Origin: Fimbriosthenelais zetlandica
Lineage: Eukaryota
Reading direction: 5' to 3'
Assembly (NCBI GenBank): GCA_977030845.1
Contig: OZ365113.1
Location: 18,848,001-18,912,000 of the forward strand
DNA length: 64,000 nt
Shown: one piece after another, positions 1 to 14,000 of the stretch
How the letters are laid out: each line of letters begins with the position of its first letter
Position numbering within the stretch: the stretch's first letter is position 1
The notes under the pieces: model-generated
The model's database searches: none
What the model was told of the DNA's origin: nothing
What the model saw: the letters and a program-made list of their open reading frames with translations, nothing else
Program-made: the position numbers and the translations under genes

Positions 1-3000
1 GTTTTATACAATCCCTTAAGATATGAGAAGCTGGGATTGATTATTACAACTCAGAAATTCCATTATTAAAAACACCTACTCTTTTGTCTTGCATTTTAAT
101 TATAGATTATATACATTATACATCCCATTCAATATTCTATTTCACCTGTCGTCCTTTTGTATGGTACCCTATATTGATTAGATGTATAACAAATCTTGAT
201 GACGTTTTCTATTAGGTTGGGAAATTCTCCTGTATAGGCCTTCTCCCTTCTTAAAGGCCGTGTGAAATGAGCACCAGGTTTCTACTTGCGCTTCCATTGA
301 TTATCGCTCAGTCATTGACATTCTACCAAGCCTAATCTTGTGCCCAAAGACACTGTGCCATTTGTATGTCAGTTTAGTATATACATAAACCAAGATAAAA
401 CCTTTAAATTTAATAATCAACTTCTATGCATGATGGAAATATGACGTGTAAATAATTAAATATAAAAAATTAAGGCACGAAGAACATATTTACATGAATC
501 ATACTTCTAATTAATTCCCCTCAGATGCAGGAATGATTAATAATGTATCTTATATGTACATAATTTATGTAATATATCTTTATCTTTATCTATATGAATT
601 TATCTAAACCAAACTGGATCCCTGTCTTAATGCAATCCCATGGTTTGTAATATAGCATGTCCCTCTGACAAATCTATCATTGTCCACATCTGTTCCTTTT
701 CATTTTCAGCAGCCTCATCTAACCTACATGTGAATGGATGGAAGTCTTAGATCCGCACCCAAAAGCATAATGATGTTCCAGAACCTGTAAATGAGCATGG
801 CATGCGTGGCAGCTTGTAATCCAGCGTTCCCTAAGGTAAACCAAATGGTACACTTGTCATGATACAACATGTGCCTCATGTCAAAGCCATGTCATTTTAC
901 GTTTGCCTCCAGTACTTTCTTGTCTATATGATTCAAGTCATTTATACGCATACATTCTTTTTCTCCTCGAGCAGTAATTCGTAATCGTTCCATCTTGTGC
1001 CCCAGTAGATGGTAATTGAACAGCCATTATTAATTACGATATTTCACAAGTAGTAGCCAATATATATCCCTGCCAGTATGATTCCTGTTTCATACCAGAG
1101 AGACTGCAGTGTAGTCTCTCTGTTCGTACCGAGAATTGTCGCCTAAACGACCCTGTTAAAGTGACCCTGGAATCCGCATCCTCGATCACTTCCCATCCCA
1201 TACCTAACCATCCATCCTACCACACACTTAAAGGTACGCCCATACTGCAATACCCCAAATCCTACTTAATGCGTAATATAAGCTGTCGCATCACTGCCGC
1301 GAGCATGCGTCACATTGACCTGTTGCATGTTTGGATTATTGAGTTTAAAAATGCTTTTATTTCCACGTGCTGCACCGCCATTTTTTCTCACTCAATAACA
1401 GTGTGGCCATGCTTTATACTCTCTTCCATCTGTACCCTCCCGCACTACAAATTCTTTTACCAAAAAAATCACACTGTAATTGTTCACCCATATAGTTTAC
1501 CTGTACTGCGCCGTCAAAACAATGTTTTTATACCACTCCCACCATCTCATTTGGCATGCCATAGTCCAAGTTTTTTTTCGTCAATCATATGTTTTGGGTG
1601 ATTCCTGCCTGCCATTACACATTTATTTCCCCCCTTATATGCCAGAACAGTTTCCGATCAATACAGAGCAGGGACGACATTCAGTCAGCATTTGTGGAGA
1701 TCCATATAGTCCCTACACAGAGAAACATCCCAGATTCCACATCTACTGTGTTGTCTGCTAAAACACGTAGTTATGTGTTCTATACAGCTGGAAAAACTGA
1801 CTGTACCCCATGTCCATCACTCGTGTAAAATCCATTAGTATACTTGATACAAATGAGGTCTCTTATCTTAGACATCTAGGAAATATATCCTAGTATCTCA
1901 CTTTCTCTGAACCTACTTTGCTTCTTTGTTTATTTCTCTGTTCTGATACTTTGTTTTACAATTGCCTGGTGAGTCATTATCTCCATTCTTTTTGACGCCT
2001 ATATCGATATTCCCTGCTGTCATGTCAGATGCCCCACCCACTGGTTATTACAGTAATGTAAGATATCAGTCCCAACTTTTATTTCACCTGAAATGTTTCA
2101 TGTCATCAACATGTAGGGCTAATGCTTCATGTAATGTGCGGTCGTATCCACAGGAAGGATGCCCTACAGTAGCGCATGTAGTGCTTCCTTGTGATACAAA
2201 ATGGCTAAGTGCATACTAAGTTACTAAAGGTATAGTTGCAACAATGCTTACCATTTTTACAGAAAAGATTAGCAAGGATCAGCATTTCCATAAACTAATC
2301 ACTTATGAATTGCCACAACCAATCACTGGAATGCTTTTAATTACATGATGGGATTTCTTGTTACTCAATAATAGGACATTGATACAACAATGAGATACAT
2401 TGTAGAAAACGTACATCTACTCAGTTCCACAAATTGAATTACCACGATAGACCATTGATGAGCTTCTCCTGCTAATGTATAGATGCATTCAATCCAGGCT
2501 ATCCAGCTTGGCTTCCTGAGAAGTGGCTTTGTCTCTCTAGGCTGATACAAAAGCCTCCTGTTCCAACTGTCATAAAACAAGTGAATTTAAACAGAGTTAA
2601 AATGATTGCTCGTTCAAAAGGCTGAGAGGCCAATACGAGTACAATGAAACTCAATAGGATTTCCTCGAATCTGTTATTCGAATTAAATGACATTTCCCCT
2701 GAAAACCATCCATATTTAAAGAGAATGTAACAAATAGGCTCCTCAGGACTCTGATAGAATGTTTTAATACTATATCTGAAATGGAATAAAAGAGACACAA
2801 ATGGATTTAGACTGTCGATACACTAAGTGTATTCCCTATGCTTCAAGCTCCAACCCCGAAGAGCCCTTCAAGTCCTCTTATTTGCCTTCCTCACCCCATA
2901 GGTTCTCTCATATTTGCCCGCTTCAATCCTGTCAATCGAACGTTTGAGGAGCCACCAACGAAATCTCACTCTCTGCGAGAGCTGATCACGAGAGCTGCAC

Positions 3001-5100
3001 ACGCGCACCTCCTATTGGCGACAACAGCGCCAATAGTGGAGGAGGAGGAGTTGGTGGAGGCGCTGGACGAGGAGGAAGCAAAAGAGGAAGTGGAGACTAC
3101 GGTGAACTGAAGGCAAGAGAGATGTAGCAGTTGCAGTAGTTATAGCAGACACAGGTGCTTAGTGGAGAAGCATGGGAAGGCCAGAACACTAAAGGGGACC
3201 TGATGAGGAACACGCGCCACAACACTGAAGCTGGTCATTTGAGCGCCTATCATTGGACGAGGAGAGAGCGATGGAGAGGGAGGACAAATATAGGACTGAG
3301 AGGTTCTCCTTGTGAATGTCTATATATATATATTAGTTTCCCATGTGGTGACATACCATAGGATTAATTAACGATGGAGATATCTTGTTATTTCCCTACA
3401 TAGACTGAACAAGAACAAAGTGTGTAATCAACTTTTAGCACGAACCACAGGAAAGATTTTCCACGGCTTTACAGTTTGCCTCTGCAGCTTTTTTCAGTTT
3501 TTTTCCACACACCATGTATTTTTCATGCAATTTCCCAGTTTGATTTAATACTTTCCAAAAAAAGTTGAGGACTTTTAAAGACGCCACTGTCCCTTTCGTA
3601 TCAGTACATTTTTCTCTGAGGCAGGGATTTAATAGACGTATAAATTACATTTTGAACTCTGTACATCAGCTTTATTCTCTGTGAAGTCTGTGAATGCCTT
3701 GGATTCTTTTACCTTGTGGTGATAGATTACCCTTATTGCTGACAAGAGCCCCCAGGGGAGGGGGTGGTCTTGCTAGGGTATCGTTTGTATGAAGGTAATC
3801 AATGTGGAGGAGCCATAAGGTGCTGTGGAGATACGACACCGGCAGTCGAGCAATATATCCCTGTACTGTACCTGGCCACATCGAGGACATTGCTCCCCAG
3901 ATATTTTCCCTTTTAAACTATCAAACTCTTGCTTCAGCAACATTGACAAATGGTGTCTTTTATAAAAATGGATTGATAGTGTAAAAACATTTTTATTGAA
4001 AAACAGCAAGGGATTGTACACTTCTGTCGTTCTCTCGAAATGCCATGGTGGTGATGCGCGACTGCAAAAGGCGGGGAGCAGGTGAGAGGACAATCTTTTC
4101 TTCTGCATCTTTTGTTTCTATCCGTTCTCATTCATTTGCAATGGTGACTTGAGTAATTAAACATGCCTTTGCAATTTGCCTATAGTTACTTGCAGCAGGT
4201 TTTTCTCCCACTAATGATCTTGACCATTGTCATTGTGTTTGAACTGCATTGGACTCTCTCTACATTATAGCATTGGACAAAATGTTTTGCCCGATCGACA
4301 TTGTGGACTCTGCATAGCGTTGGACAGAACCACAGCGTCATAAATATTATATACTTCGTTTCAAAATACATTTCTCGATAATTGGCAGATTCTCTCTTCT
4401 CGGAGTGACAACCAGAGTTGATTTGAATCGATACATGTCAGCTTCACCATGACGATGATATGCTGCTATATATCAGCAGTTAGTTGGATCCTCTCATGTC
4501 TCCCCCTCTCTGTTTTTGTATTGCTTGCACGCACTATTTTCCATGACATGCTAGTTCAAGCTTCTCCCCACCACCACCCACACAGTTTGCTTCTCTTTGG
4601 GTCCAGATTTCTGAAACACCTAGCAACGAAGGGATCAAGATCCCACCTGAAATACCAATAGGGTTGCCTTGCTACTGTCAGTTTCTTCAGTCAGGTAAAG
4701 TGGACAACATTGGACACTGACCATGCAGTCAATGTCCTGCCCTCATGCCACCCACTGCTTCCGGCGACTCTGCAGAGTGGGTGAGGTGAGGGGTTGGCTG
4801 GTTTACTATTGTGGTGATGACAAGTTCTTGACTACAGGCCATTGTGAGGCAAGAAGCTGGCAATGTTGAGGTAAATACCTCTCCCCAAAACCTGCCTGCA
4901 TCTTGTCCTTAGTCTAAACCCATCCTCAATCAAGTGACGGAACATGGGGCGCTACCTCTGTCCCGATCTCACGGAAATTGGTGATTACAATTTTCAGTGG
5001 AATTCTGCCCCTGCATGTCCCTTATAGAGAGGTTTTCGGAAATTAGGTATTGCCCTACCTTGATACCAAACAGATCCCGGATTGATGAATAGTTAACAAT

Positions 5101-5185
5101 CAGGGGTCTGCTTCGTAACAAAGATGTCATACATTAATCAGTGCATGTGGGTTAATAGTACATCTTTCTACTAGATCAGGACACA
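5101..5185. mobile_element. Degenerate member of the CAGGGGTCTGTTTCATAAC terminal-motif family
   Basis: Left end CAGGGGTCTGCTTCGTAACAAAGATGT, with an internal inverted partner ACATCTTT. The right end is degraded, so its coordinate is approximate. Confidence 0.4.
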
Positions 5186-6985
5186 AGTGGGAGAATGTTT
5201 TCCTCTGGTAGACCATTTTTGAAGTCTTCATTGCTCGTTAGCCGACATTCTAATAAATATGAACAAGCACACCCGTTTCGGTATCCGAGGATACTGTTTC
5301 GGACGTACAAAAATATTTCAGGTTATTTTCTGCTACATTTATGGGAAATTCTCATATTAAGACTATTTCCAATTAGGGCAAGGGCAGGATCATGGGAAAA
5401 TCCTAACTATATTTTTAATAGTTTTGGTCATCAATTTACATCATTCCTGTTCATGAACACACTGATCATGTAACTTTTTATCTTATTTTACTGATTTCCA
5501 TCTTGGAAAGTCATCAAGTTTTTGTTTCAAAAATCAATTTATTTATTCCTCGCACGGCCCTGACTCAAACATTTAAATCAATTCAAGGGTTGGGCTTTAA
5601 AATCAATGGTTGAGGGTAGCCCTAAAATCGGCTAAAAGGATGAAATTAGTGCAGGTCGGTTGGTTGTCTGAATATTTCCACTTTTCTTATTAGGAAGGAT
5701 TTATGTGAAGGGGAGATAAAACTGCGGCAGTGTTAATTTGGATGCGGCTTCAGGCCCTAAGAGGCATTAATGTCAAGTTAATGTTTATCAAATTCCTATC
5801 GTCATTCGCATTCATTTGCTGTAATAAAAAGTGAAATCGAAAATATTCCTCCTGCAAAAACGAATCGCAATGTTTGCTTATCGGTGTGCATGACAAATGC
5901 TTATCTATTGTCATTTATGTAGAATCTTCATGATACAGATTCCTTATTGAAATCTGCGTGACCTTGATGTTTGTTTCCATGGTTACCTCCTAAGCCTTCT
6001 TAGGTATGGCCTTCTGTTTATGTACAATGTACATGGAATATATCTTTCGCACATGCAATTCGCTGTTTGACATATGATCCATTTGCACTTATCAGTTCTC
6101 AAAGATAAGATACGAGATGCTTTGGCACTGAAATACCAGCGCCAACACATATTAAACATGTTAAACTGCTATAACATTTGATGGTGCATTTCTTTTATAA
6201 TTAAGATTTTATATAAGAACTGTGATTTATCAATGTGTGGATTCCGGGAAGGATGCATTCAGATATTTATTCTGAATTGGGCCTCATGCGGCATGTAGTG
6301 TCATGCGACTTAACAAATAGTGAGAAGTCATGAAAATGGTTTTCCAAGCCTCTGGTGTTGCGATATATTTATGTATCGTCACAATTAGTGACGAGGCCGA
6401 CGTAGACCATTGACACGGAGTGGATCTTCCCCGTGGGGCCTTTATATCATTCAGCTGAAGCTTGGTGATTGATAATACAGTTATAGGATACGGCAGTCTG
6501 CAGCCACTCATCATCCCATGATATTTCAATGATGTCCAGGCGGACAATTGGTTTGGTTTATGAAATGACCCTAGCGTTAAAGGCCAGTTATATGTTATAC
6601 AATATATGTACGGTATTACATATATCAGTCTCCCTTCCAGAAAGTAGGTTTTTAAATAGAAATTGTCTGTACGAATGCGGTATATCCGATCGAGAGATTC
6701 ATCATTAGCCTGTTATTTAATTATAGCCTATATGCCTAAGAATCAAACAGGCCTATATCGGCTACAAAATAGGCCTATATCGGCTAAACTTTGAAGAAAG
6801 TTCAAAGGTAACTGGATGAATTAATCTGAAACCTAACCTTTTTAGAAAAGACTGGTTGTGGGAATATGCTGGGCTTTTAGTATTACATGTTAATTTGTGA
6901 TGATAATTAAGCCTCATCTGAGAATTGATCAGACATGTTGATATTTAAGATAGACTATAGTCGAATTTGAGTCCACGAGTTGACT

Positions 6986-7040
6986 CAGGGGATTGTTTCA
7001 TAACAATGCTTTAGACTATGGTTATGAAACAGACCCCCAG
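6986..7040. mobile_element. Ultra-short inverted-repeat element flanked by a CAG direct repeat (Harbinger/PIF-like MITE)
   Basis: CAG|GGGATTGTTTCATAAC-16 nt-GTTATGAAACAGACCCC|CAG. Confidence 0.6.
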
Positions 7041-8062
7041 GCTTGACAACCTAAATCTTGCCCTACCTGATTGCTAAAAGTAAAGCAAAAACAACCTTGC
7101 TGAGGGTCAAACTGTGGTTTACCCTATAACCATGGTTTTATTTTTTGGCCTGCACCTTACTCCCTCATACGTCAAGGTCAAATAGAAGATCAAAGGTAGG
7201 ACGCCCCTACCAAGGTTACACTGCCTACTGCCCTGATGACCTTCTGTGTAAATTCTGGGAGGGCCGTTCAACTCTGACAATATTTCTCAAGGATGAGCCC
7301 GTGGCCCTAGACGTGCACTTGAATGGCCACCTCTCGTTAAAGGGAATTACAGTAGAATGGACTGCCCCAGGCCATACTACAGGGCTATTCCTGTTCCTAT
7401 CTTGGAGTTATCCCGACAAAGACCTGCTGGAAATATCTGTAGAAGTCCACTTCAAAGAGAGAAAACAGAGTCTTTATCATGCCTGATGGACCTAATAGGG
7501 GTCGAATGATCAGGGTAAGAAAGCCAGAGCTCCTAAGTTTCTGCAGCCATGCACCTTATTGATGTGCCTAGCAATGCAATCTTACCTTGACCTGACCAAA
7601 TTAGAGTCTGTGAAGGTGTTGAGTCATATAGGCCTATACATGTAGGCCTACTCAGGATTCTCATATTTTATCTTGTGTCAAAACATTTTCCCTACATGAC
7701 CATAACCTTAGGGAAAACTTTTTTTTCCTACAGCTTTTCCTTGTTATCGCTACAGCCCTTCTAACACTTCCGCTGTAATGTTGGATGACTTCCGGTTGAT
7801 GTCGTGTCCGTCCCTCTGACCATTGGGTTTCCGCTGCCCTGCTACAGCTCTTATGAATCTTGCCGCCGATCCTTCAGTATTTCTCTATGACCGTGCATCA
7901 GACTTCCGGTCAGATGTCTCCTATACCAGGAAAAGTTGCCATGGAATCAGAGAGTTGCCTGAGTTATCACATCGATTTCAAGTAGAGCTAGTCATTCAGT
8001 CTCTGCCTGCCATTTGCCAGAAAAAGGTCGCAGAGAACAGTAGGAGTGACGTGACACAAACA

Positions 8063-8075
8063 GTTACTAGGCAAC
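8063..8075. promoter_or_regulatory. RFX X-box-like motif
   Basis: GTTACTAGGCAAC matches the RFX consensus; it neighbours GTGACGTG and ETS cores ACTTCCGG at 7788 and 7902. Function is not shown. Confidence 0.4.
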
Positions 8076-10924
8076 GAGGGCCCACGTTCACTCATTGGCC
8101 TCGTTCCTCATTAAATACGGGAAGGAGGCTGTGTTTGCTCTGAAGGCCACTTTAAATCATCCGAATGACTGCTTCTGCTTTACTCTTTCCCATAAGACAC
8201 CCACCCATGGGTTCCAGGTTTTATACATTGTGGTACGCAGTGCCTAATGAGGGTTTCTTGAACTCTAGGCTATCCGTGCATTTTAACTCAGATTATGACA
8301 TCTAGAGCAGCTGATCATTAACAGTCTGTTATTTATTTGTCAATAATTCCTTGCTTTTATGGGACTATGACATATTTGGATTTTAATTCCTCGGCAGTGA
8401 CTGCACGTGCAGGCTTTTTTTTGACGGGGGGACTCGAGTAAAGTCATAACAATATAGACATCCAACTTGCCTTGTCATCAATCATGGGATGAATGGTCTG
8501 TGCTACTCCAAGCCGTTCATATTTGTATGAATCAAAGAGGATTCCCTACTCCTATAATTAGTTAAGATGGTGACATTAGAAATCTGTCATGACATGCATG
8601 GTGCTTCATTCTTCAGAGAGGGGGGAAATACGTGGTCTTGATTTGTCGGAGAACATTACAGAACCTGAGGTATGATGATTCAGAAGATGCCACCCTTGTT
8701 GCTCAGGCTGGTATATAGGCCCTACTTTGATTTTGAGCCCAACTCACCAGATTAGGAACCCGGCTTAGCATGCCAAACAAAAAGAAAGATTAATTTCCCT
8801 GAATGACATAAACAGGTGAGGCAGAAATTGCTTCTCAAAGCAGGAGCTCTACTGGCATATTCCTGCAAGTGAAGATGTTTTTTGGTCTGACAGAATTGAA
8901 CTCACTGTATTTGAACTAGCTCAATTGAGTGATCATCACGATTCAAATTGTGAGGCAAAAGTTCTGTTGCCACATCCTTTGTATTGCTGTAGGCCGACAA
9001 TGTTGTCAGCTGACAAAAGATAGTGTTTGAAAAAGGAATTGTTTGTGATTTTGAAGATGATAATGAACTACCATAGAGGCGTTGTAGCCTTCACATTTTG
9101 GTGATCAAGGATTTAATGTATACGCCTTGACTGTAATTACCTTCACTGTATCCTTTAACCCTCAACTTTCATGTTTATGCTCCAGCAAGCTGTGCACGGC
9201 AATATCATTTCTTAACATACGCCCACCATGTCCCTAATTAAGGCCCTCCAAAATTATCTCTACTGTCTTCTTAAGCAAAAACCTGCTTCAGATCAAAACC
9301 ATTTTTAGACAATAGGGGATGATTAGCTTTCTTAATGATTTCCCTCACTGCCTAGAAACTATACAAGAATGAATTACAACCACAGAACATTTTTCATATA
9401 ATAGTATTGAAAATTGATATGTTGCTTTAAATCTTAAACAAAAGTCTCAGAGGGAAATGACACATGTATTGTATTGGGCTTTAGTCATGCTATGGTACCA
9501 ACCATGAAGTAAGATTGAAAGAATACAAAGAACCCCAATGAATCCTTTGGGACATCGTCATGAATTTCTCGATGCATGCAGCCAGAGATCTAGGTTTGCT
9601 TGATGATATATGATGCTCAGGAGAATCCCATGGATTAGGGGCCTTTATGCGACAGGGGACTCAGCATGGCAGTCCTGGGCGAGAAGGCGTCTTTACACCA
9701 TTATTCAATGGCTAGCCAGTACCCCAGATGAAGCATGGAAATGTGCCTCTAAGGCCTGGTAATGCACTTACCAAGCTTAGGTATCAGACAAATCAGTGAA
9801 TTCCCTGAAGCTAGTTCTACCAATTGACCCACAGCTTTTTCCTAACAATCCCTATAGCTTTCTTCCAAAGGGTTTCTCCCAAACAATACACCAGCAAGAA
9901 TAATATAATGTGTACACATCTCATATTTCTTTCTCTATGACAAATAGAGCTAATCTTATCGTTCTAACTTAATAACCATTTTCGACTAAATGAAACTTCA
10001 TCATGGCACATATATACCTATCTACTTGGATCAGTCATACACTTCATCCTAGCTGTCCAACAAAGCTAGAATTCATTCCTCTACTCCCATTTCATTAAAA
10101 AAGGCTTTAGAAATCCCTTTGTAGTGCTAATACCTTCACTATCTCCTTCATACATTCGCCCCAATACCCGAATCTGCTCCCATACTGAATGCTTGTATAC
10201 AATGGGCAGATCGGTTTCCATGAAGTTTGTCTGTGGAAAAAAAGGCAGTGAAAGCTTGTTGTACGCAGGGTGAGGAGACCTGATAATGAATTATCATGGA
10301 TGTTAGTGCAAAATGTCCCCTTTGTACTTACAATAGTGATTGTCACTAATACCCAAAAGAAAGGAAGAGGATAGGAGTTGGGAGGCAGAAAGGGTGCACC
10401 AGAGATGAATGAAATATTGAGGAAAATATTTACAGTACTCGGGGATGATTATTTGAAAAGCATATGTTATATAATGCCAAGAGCAATGGCAACACAATTC
10501 ATTACATATTTAAAATATTGTTATGGCCCATTTCACAAACGATGGAAAACAAAGTTCCTTCAAACAGTCTATTCCTGTTACGTAGTTTCAGGTACATGCA
10601 GGTTTAGTGTCTTATTATGGTTGGGTTCGTATTGATTCCTAACATGACATTAAGTATTTAGATAAGTGCCTGACGAGTCATTGGCAAAGGTGAGGAACAT
10701 GAAGGTAGGCACTGCCTTTAAATGCATACAAGACACTGCATAGAGGGACTACCTTTTGGAAGAGAATCAAGGACACTTTGTTATGACTCCATGTCGATGG
10801 ATCTTGATGGCTTGCTAAGCATAAATAGTGCATTAGTTTTCCGTCATTAAATACACATAAACATCAGAATATTGAACTTACAACAAACTTTTGATGGGAA
10901 TCCGTGGTGAATATAAAGACTTGC

Positions 10925-11037
10925 TAGGGGTCAGTTTCATAACAAGAATGGTTAGGTTCGCCAATGTTATTTCCCTAATGACTATAGTTATTTCCATAGG
11001 CTAATATATTGGATATTTCTCCTAAAACAAGTCCCAG
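10925..11037. mobile_element. Degenerate member of the CAGGGGTCTGTTTCATAAC terminal-motif family
   Basis: Left end TAGGGGTCAGTTTCATAAC; weak right end CTAAAACAAGTCCCAG. Confidence 0.35.
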
Positions 11038-14000
11038 CTCTTATTATGATATTGCAGCATAAAAACTCCATTTTCCCACATAAAATCCTGTCTGGGAACA
11101 GAAATGACACCCTTATATGAGCTTTCAGGTTTATTTCTGAAGATGCCAAGAGGAATTCTGCGAGGTATCAGCTAGGAGACATTCTCTCCTTCATACCAAA
11201 GCTAGATGAATGTGGTCGATTCTGGCTTGTGGGGATTATCGGATATTAAAAGCAAGGACATCACAATGGCTGGCCCCCAGATTGGTCCCCTGATAGTAAA
11301 TGGCATTTTGAAGACTCCTGCCCAGTGCAGCCTGTTAGAGTTGATGCCCAATTCACCCATCGGAAGGCGAGAACACAATATACCTCCAGCCCCTGGATAT
11401 AACATGCAAGTCTGTGTTCACGGCCAAACTCCTATATACTCTACTAACTCTTGTAATAGCAAAACGATTTTCCCTTCTTAAATAGAATTGCAGCCAAAGT
11501 AGGAAGAAAGTAAAGAAAGGTCCTATTGTCCCTTAATAACTTTCGGGAAGTGCCAATTACAGATGACATGATCTCGGAATCTAACACTATATATCACTTG
11601 ATGGGAAGACAAGCAAGGCTTCCTTTTTTAATTTTTCAAATGTCATTGCCTTCACGCACGGTGAGATTTGTCCTCCTGTACCCACGGTACTAAGATTGAC
11701 CGATGGAGTTTGAAGGATGGAATCAAATATGACTAATGTTAGTAACTGAAAGAAAAATGTTGAGAAAAGATGACTATAGAGTGAAGCATGTATGAACTCC
11801 AAGCTTTTACCTGTTCAGGAAGCAAATGGATAGTATCGACATAAGTGTCAACTTAATGGTGTCAGCTATCATTCTGACATAGATTTTCATGTGTCAGTGA
11901 AGCATGGTTTCACTGGTGATTTCCCACAGGAGGCTTGACCACTCATAGTCCAGGGGTGGACCGAACATTCTCTTAGATACCAACTCCATGTATGCCCCAG
12001 TACTGATAACTCTAATGTGATACTCACGTTTACTTTATGAGACTAATATTACTCCCCCTTGTTAATAGTGTCGCCTAGTGATAACTATAATTTGTTATAG
12101 AGCAAGATATTTTATTGAAACCAAGCCCCATACTTTCACTGCATCCTTTGGCAGGTGATAATCAAGTCTTTAATATAAATCTTAAAATCCCAACGCAGGA
12201 GCCCTACTGATGTCCTGCCAGAGGAAAATCAATACGGTTTCCCAAAACCTAACTCGATCCACCTATCCCAGTCAGTCTTGCAGATATGTTTTCATTGATA
12301 TAAAGTGATAGTGAGATGTATCATCCCCATCCATTGTGCTTATTACTTAACATTATATCCCATTTGGGCCTAGTGCCTCCTGACCATATTATACCCAGTG
12401 CCCAACGTTGCCTGAGGCAGTTGGTTAAAGGCGCCAGTGAAGTGGGCAGATCAAAGCCTGCCTCAGAAGCAGTATGGGATATGATCAGACCATTGAGGCT
12501 GACTGTAGGTTTGACTATAGTGTTGTACCAGACTGATGATTTACTATAATAAATCATTTACCAGGAACCAAGATTCAGAACTGCTTTATCACCACCTTTC
12601 CGCTATGTCAGTACTTATGTATCTTGCCCTTTATTTGCAATATATAAGTGCTTAAAACCTTTGCAGTTAACCCCTGATTTTTTACATGTATTGTTTGTCA
12701 AGGTACATAAATTTGTAGCCTATAACATGAAGCCACTAGTTTCCTACGTGTTGTTTATAGGCAGGGGAAAATGAGCAAAGTGACAATGAAATAATTGATA
12801 TCTTCATATACTGCAACCCCAGAGACTTTCTAATTTACCCTGGCAAGCGTCGAGAAGTGATCTTACAAGGAATCGCTATATCATAATGATGCGATCGATA
12901 TCCAGCTTTATTTGTGGAAACAAAGCTGTATGAGCTTCACAAGTTATACCTTTTTTCAGGATTATCAGCTTTCTTGGAGTTTTCTTTTTAAGTCACTGAT
13001 AAGGAGGTATGGATTATAGTAGTGTCCACTTTCCTTTTAGTTCCTCATTACTCCTCATCATGTCGCCCAGCTTCAGTTTTATAAATGCGATGAAGTGATA
13101 ATCATGGATAATCATGGATGTAGATGCTTTTCATTATTAGTGAAGATGTGTTTAGGGTGTATTATATATAACGCGAGTCAAGCTGCAATTCGTATCTTCG
13201 TAGATCAAGAGCAAATGATAGTAAATGATGGACCACATGAGGAGTAGCGACCTTTGGAGAAGGAAGATGTGTCGGAGATGGGCTCTTATGGGCTGTTCTT
13301 GCCGAAAGTTAGACGGGGCAACAGCAGCCCCTGAGGGCCACTCCTCGACACCGAGACAACCGAGCGCACCGCATGAAGACTAAAGCAATTAACAGTACCC
13401 TTGGCGATGTATTACTATTAGGTTGCAGGCCTATTCATATATGTTGATAACAAAAGAGATATAAATGTTGTAGTTCGGAGTGTATGTCTGACACCAGATA
13501 TAACTCACTGTCATTTATTACATGAATTATAGATTGTACTGTATATATATAATGCCTGAATCGATTACAAACGTTTAATAATTCTTCCAGTTTTTTGCAT
13601 GAGTTATATCAGTTACATTTGATAATGAATAATTTTTAGATCACGTTATCCCAATATTATCTTTCTCGAAAGACCTTTTATTATACGTATTGCAATTTAA
13701 AGGCAATATGAACATTTACAAGCAAGTGCACTGTATGGAGGAGCACATTTTTGTGATCGTGAAAGAGGGATGGAAATTTGCTGCAGGGATCGGTCGTGTT
13801 AATTCTTCTTTGGGCTGAACTTTAAGGCAGGCGAGACGACAGATGGGGTCCACACATTTCATGCTTAATTAGGCTCTGAATGTTGGGGATTCATAGCCTC
13901 TGATACTTGAGCCTCTCCAACAATGAACATGCAAAGTCAATCCGTTTGAAAGACGACACTTGCTCTGAGCTAACATTGGATATTTGATGCCAGCTTTGAG

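Noticed and set aside
1096-1122. Short perfect hairpins (also 3012..3036 and 38557..38581)
   Set aside because: A few 9-10 bp stems are expected by chance in 64 kb; not Rho-independent terminators in a eukaryotic context.
1161-1601. 146 aa + strand ORF
   Set aside because: No domain motif; probably a chance open frame or the antisense shadow of decayed minus-strand element sequence.
3012-3110. GGA/GAG-rich stretch (poly-Glu or Gly-rich when translated), similar to 43070..43200
   Set aside because: Low-complexity similarity only; frames are short and closed by stops.
7145-7486. 113 aa ORF; the minus strand shows LNGPPRIYT/KV, reminiscent of DIRS RT
   Set aside because: Needs several frameshifts and has no YxDD; too weak to call.
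11342-11430. YLQPLD, resembling the pogo/DDE_1 transposase motif
   Set aside because: The same frame is full of stops immediately upstream and there are no other DDE motifs.
12408-12465. tRNA-like look (CAGTTGGTTAAAGGCGCC; GGCAG-loop-CTGCC)
   Set aside because: No valid cloverleaf, anticodon arm or TTCGA loop.
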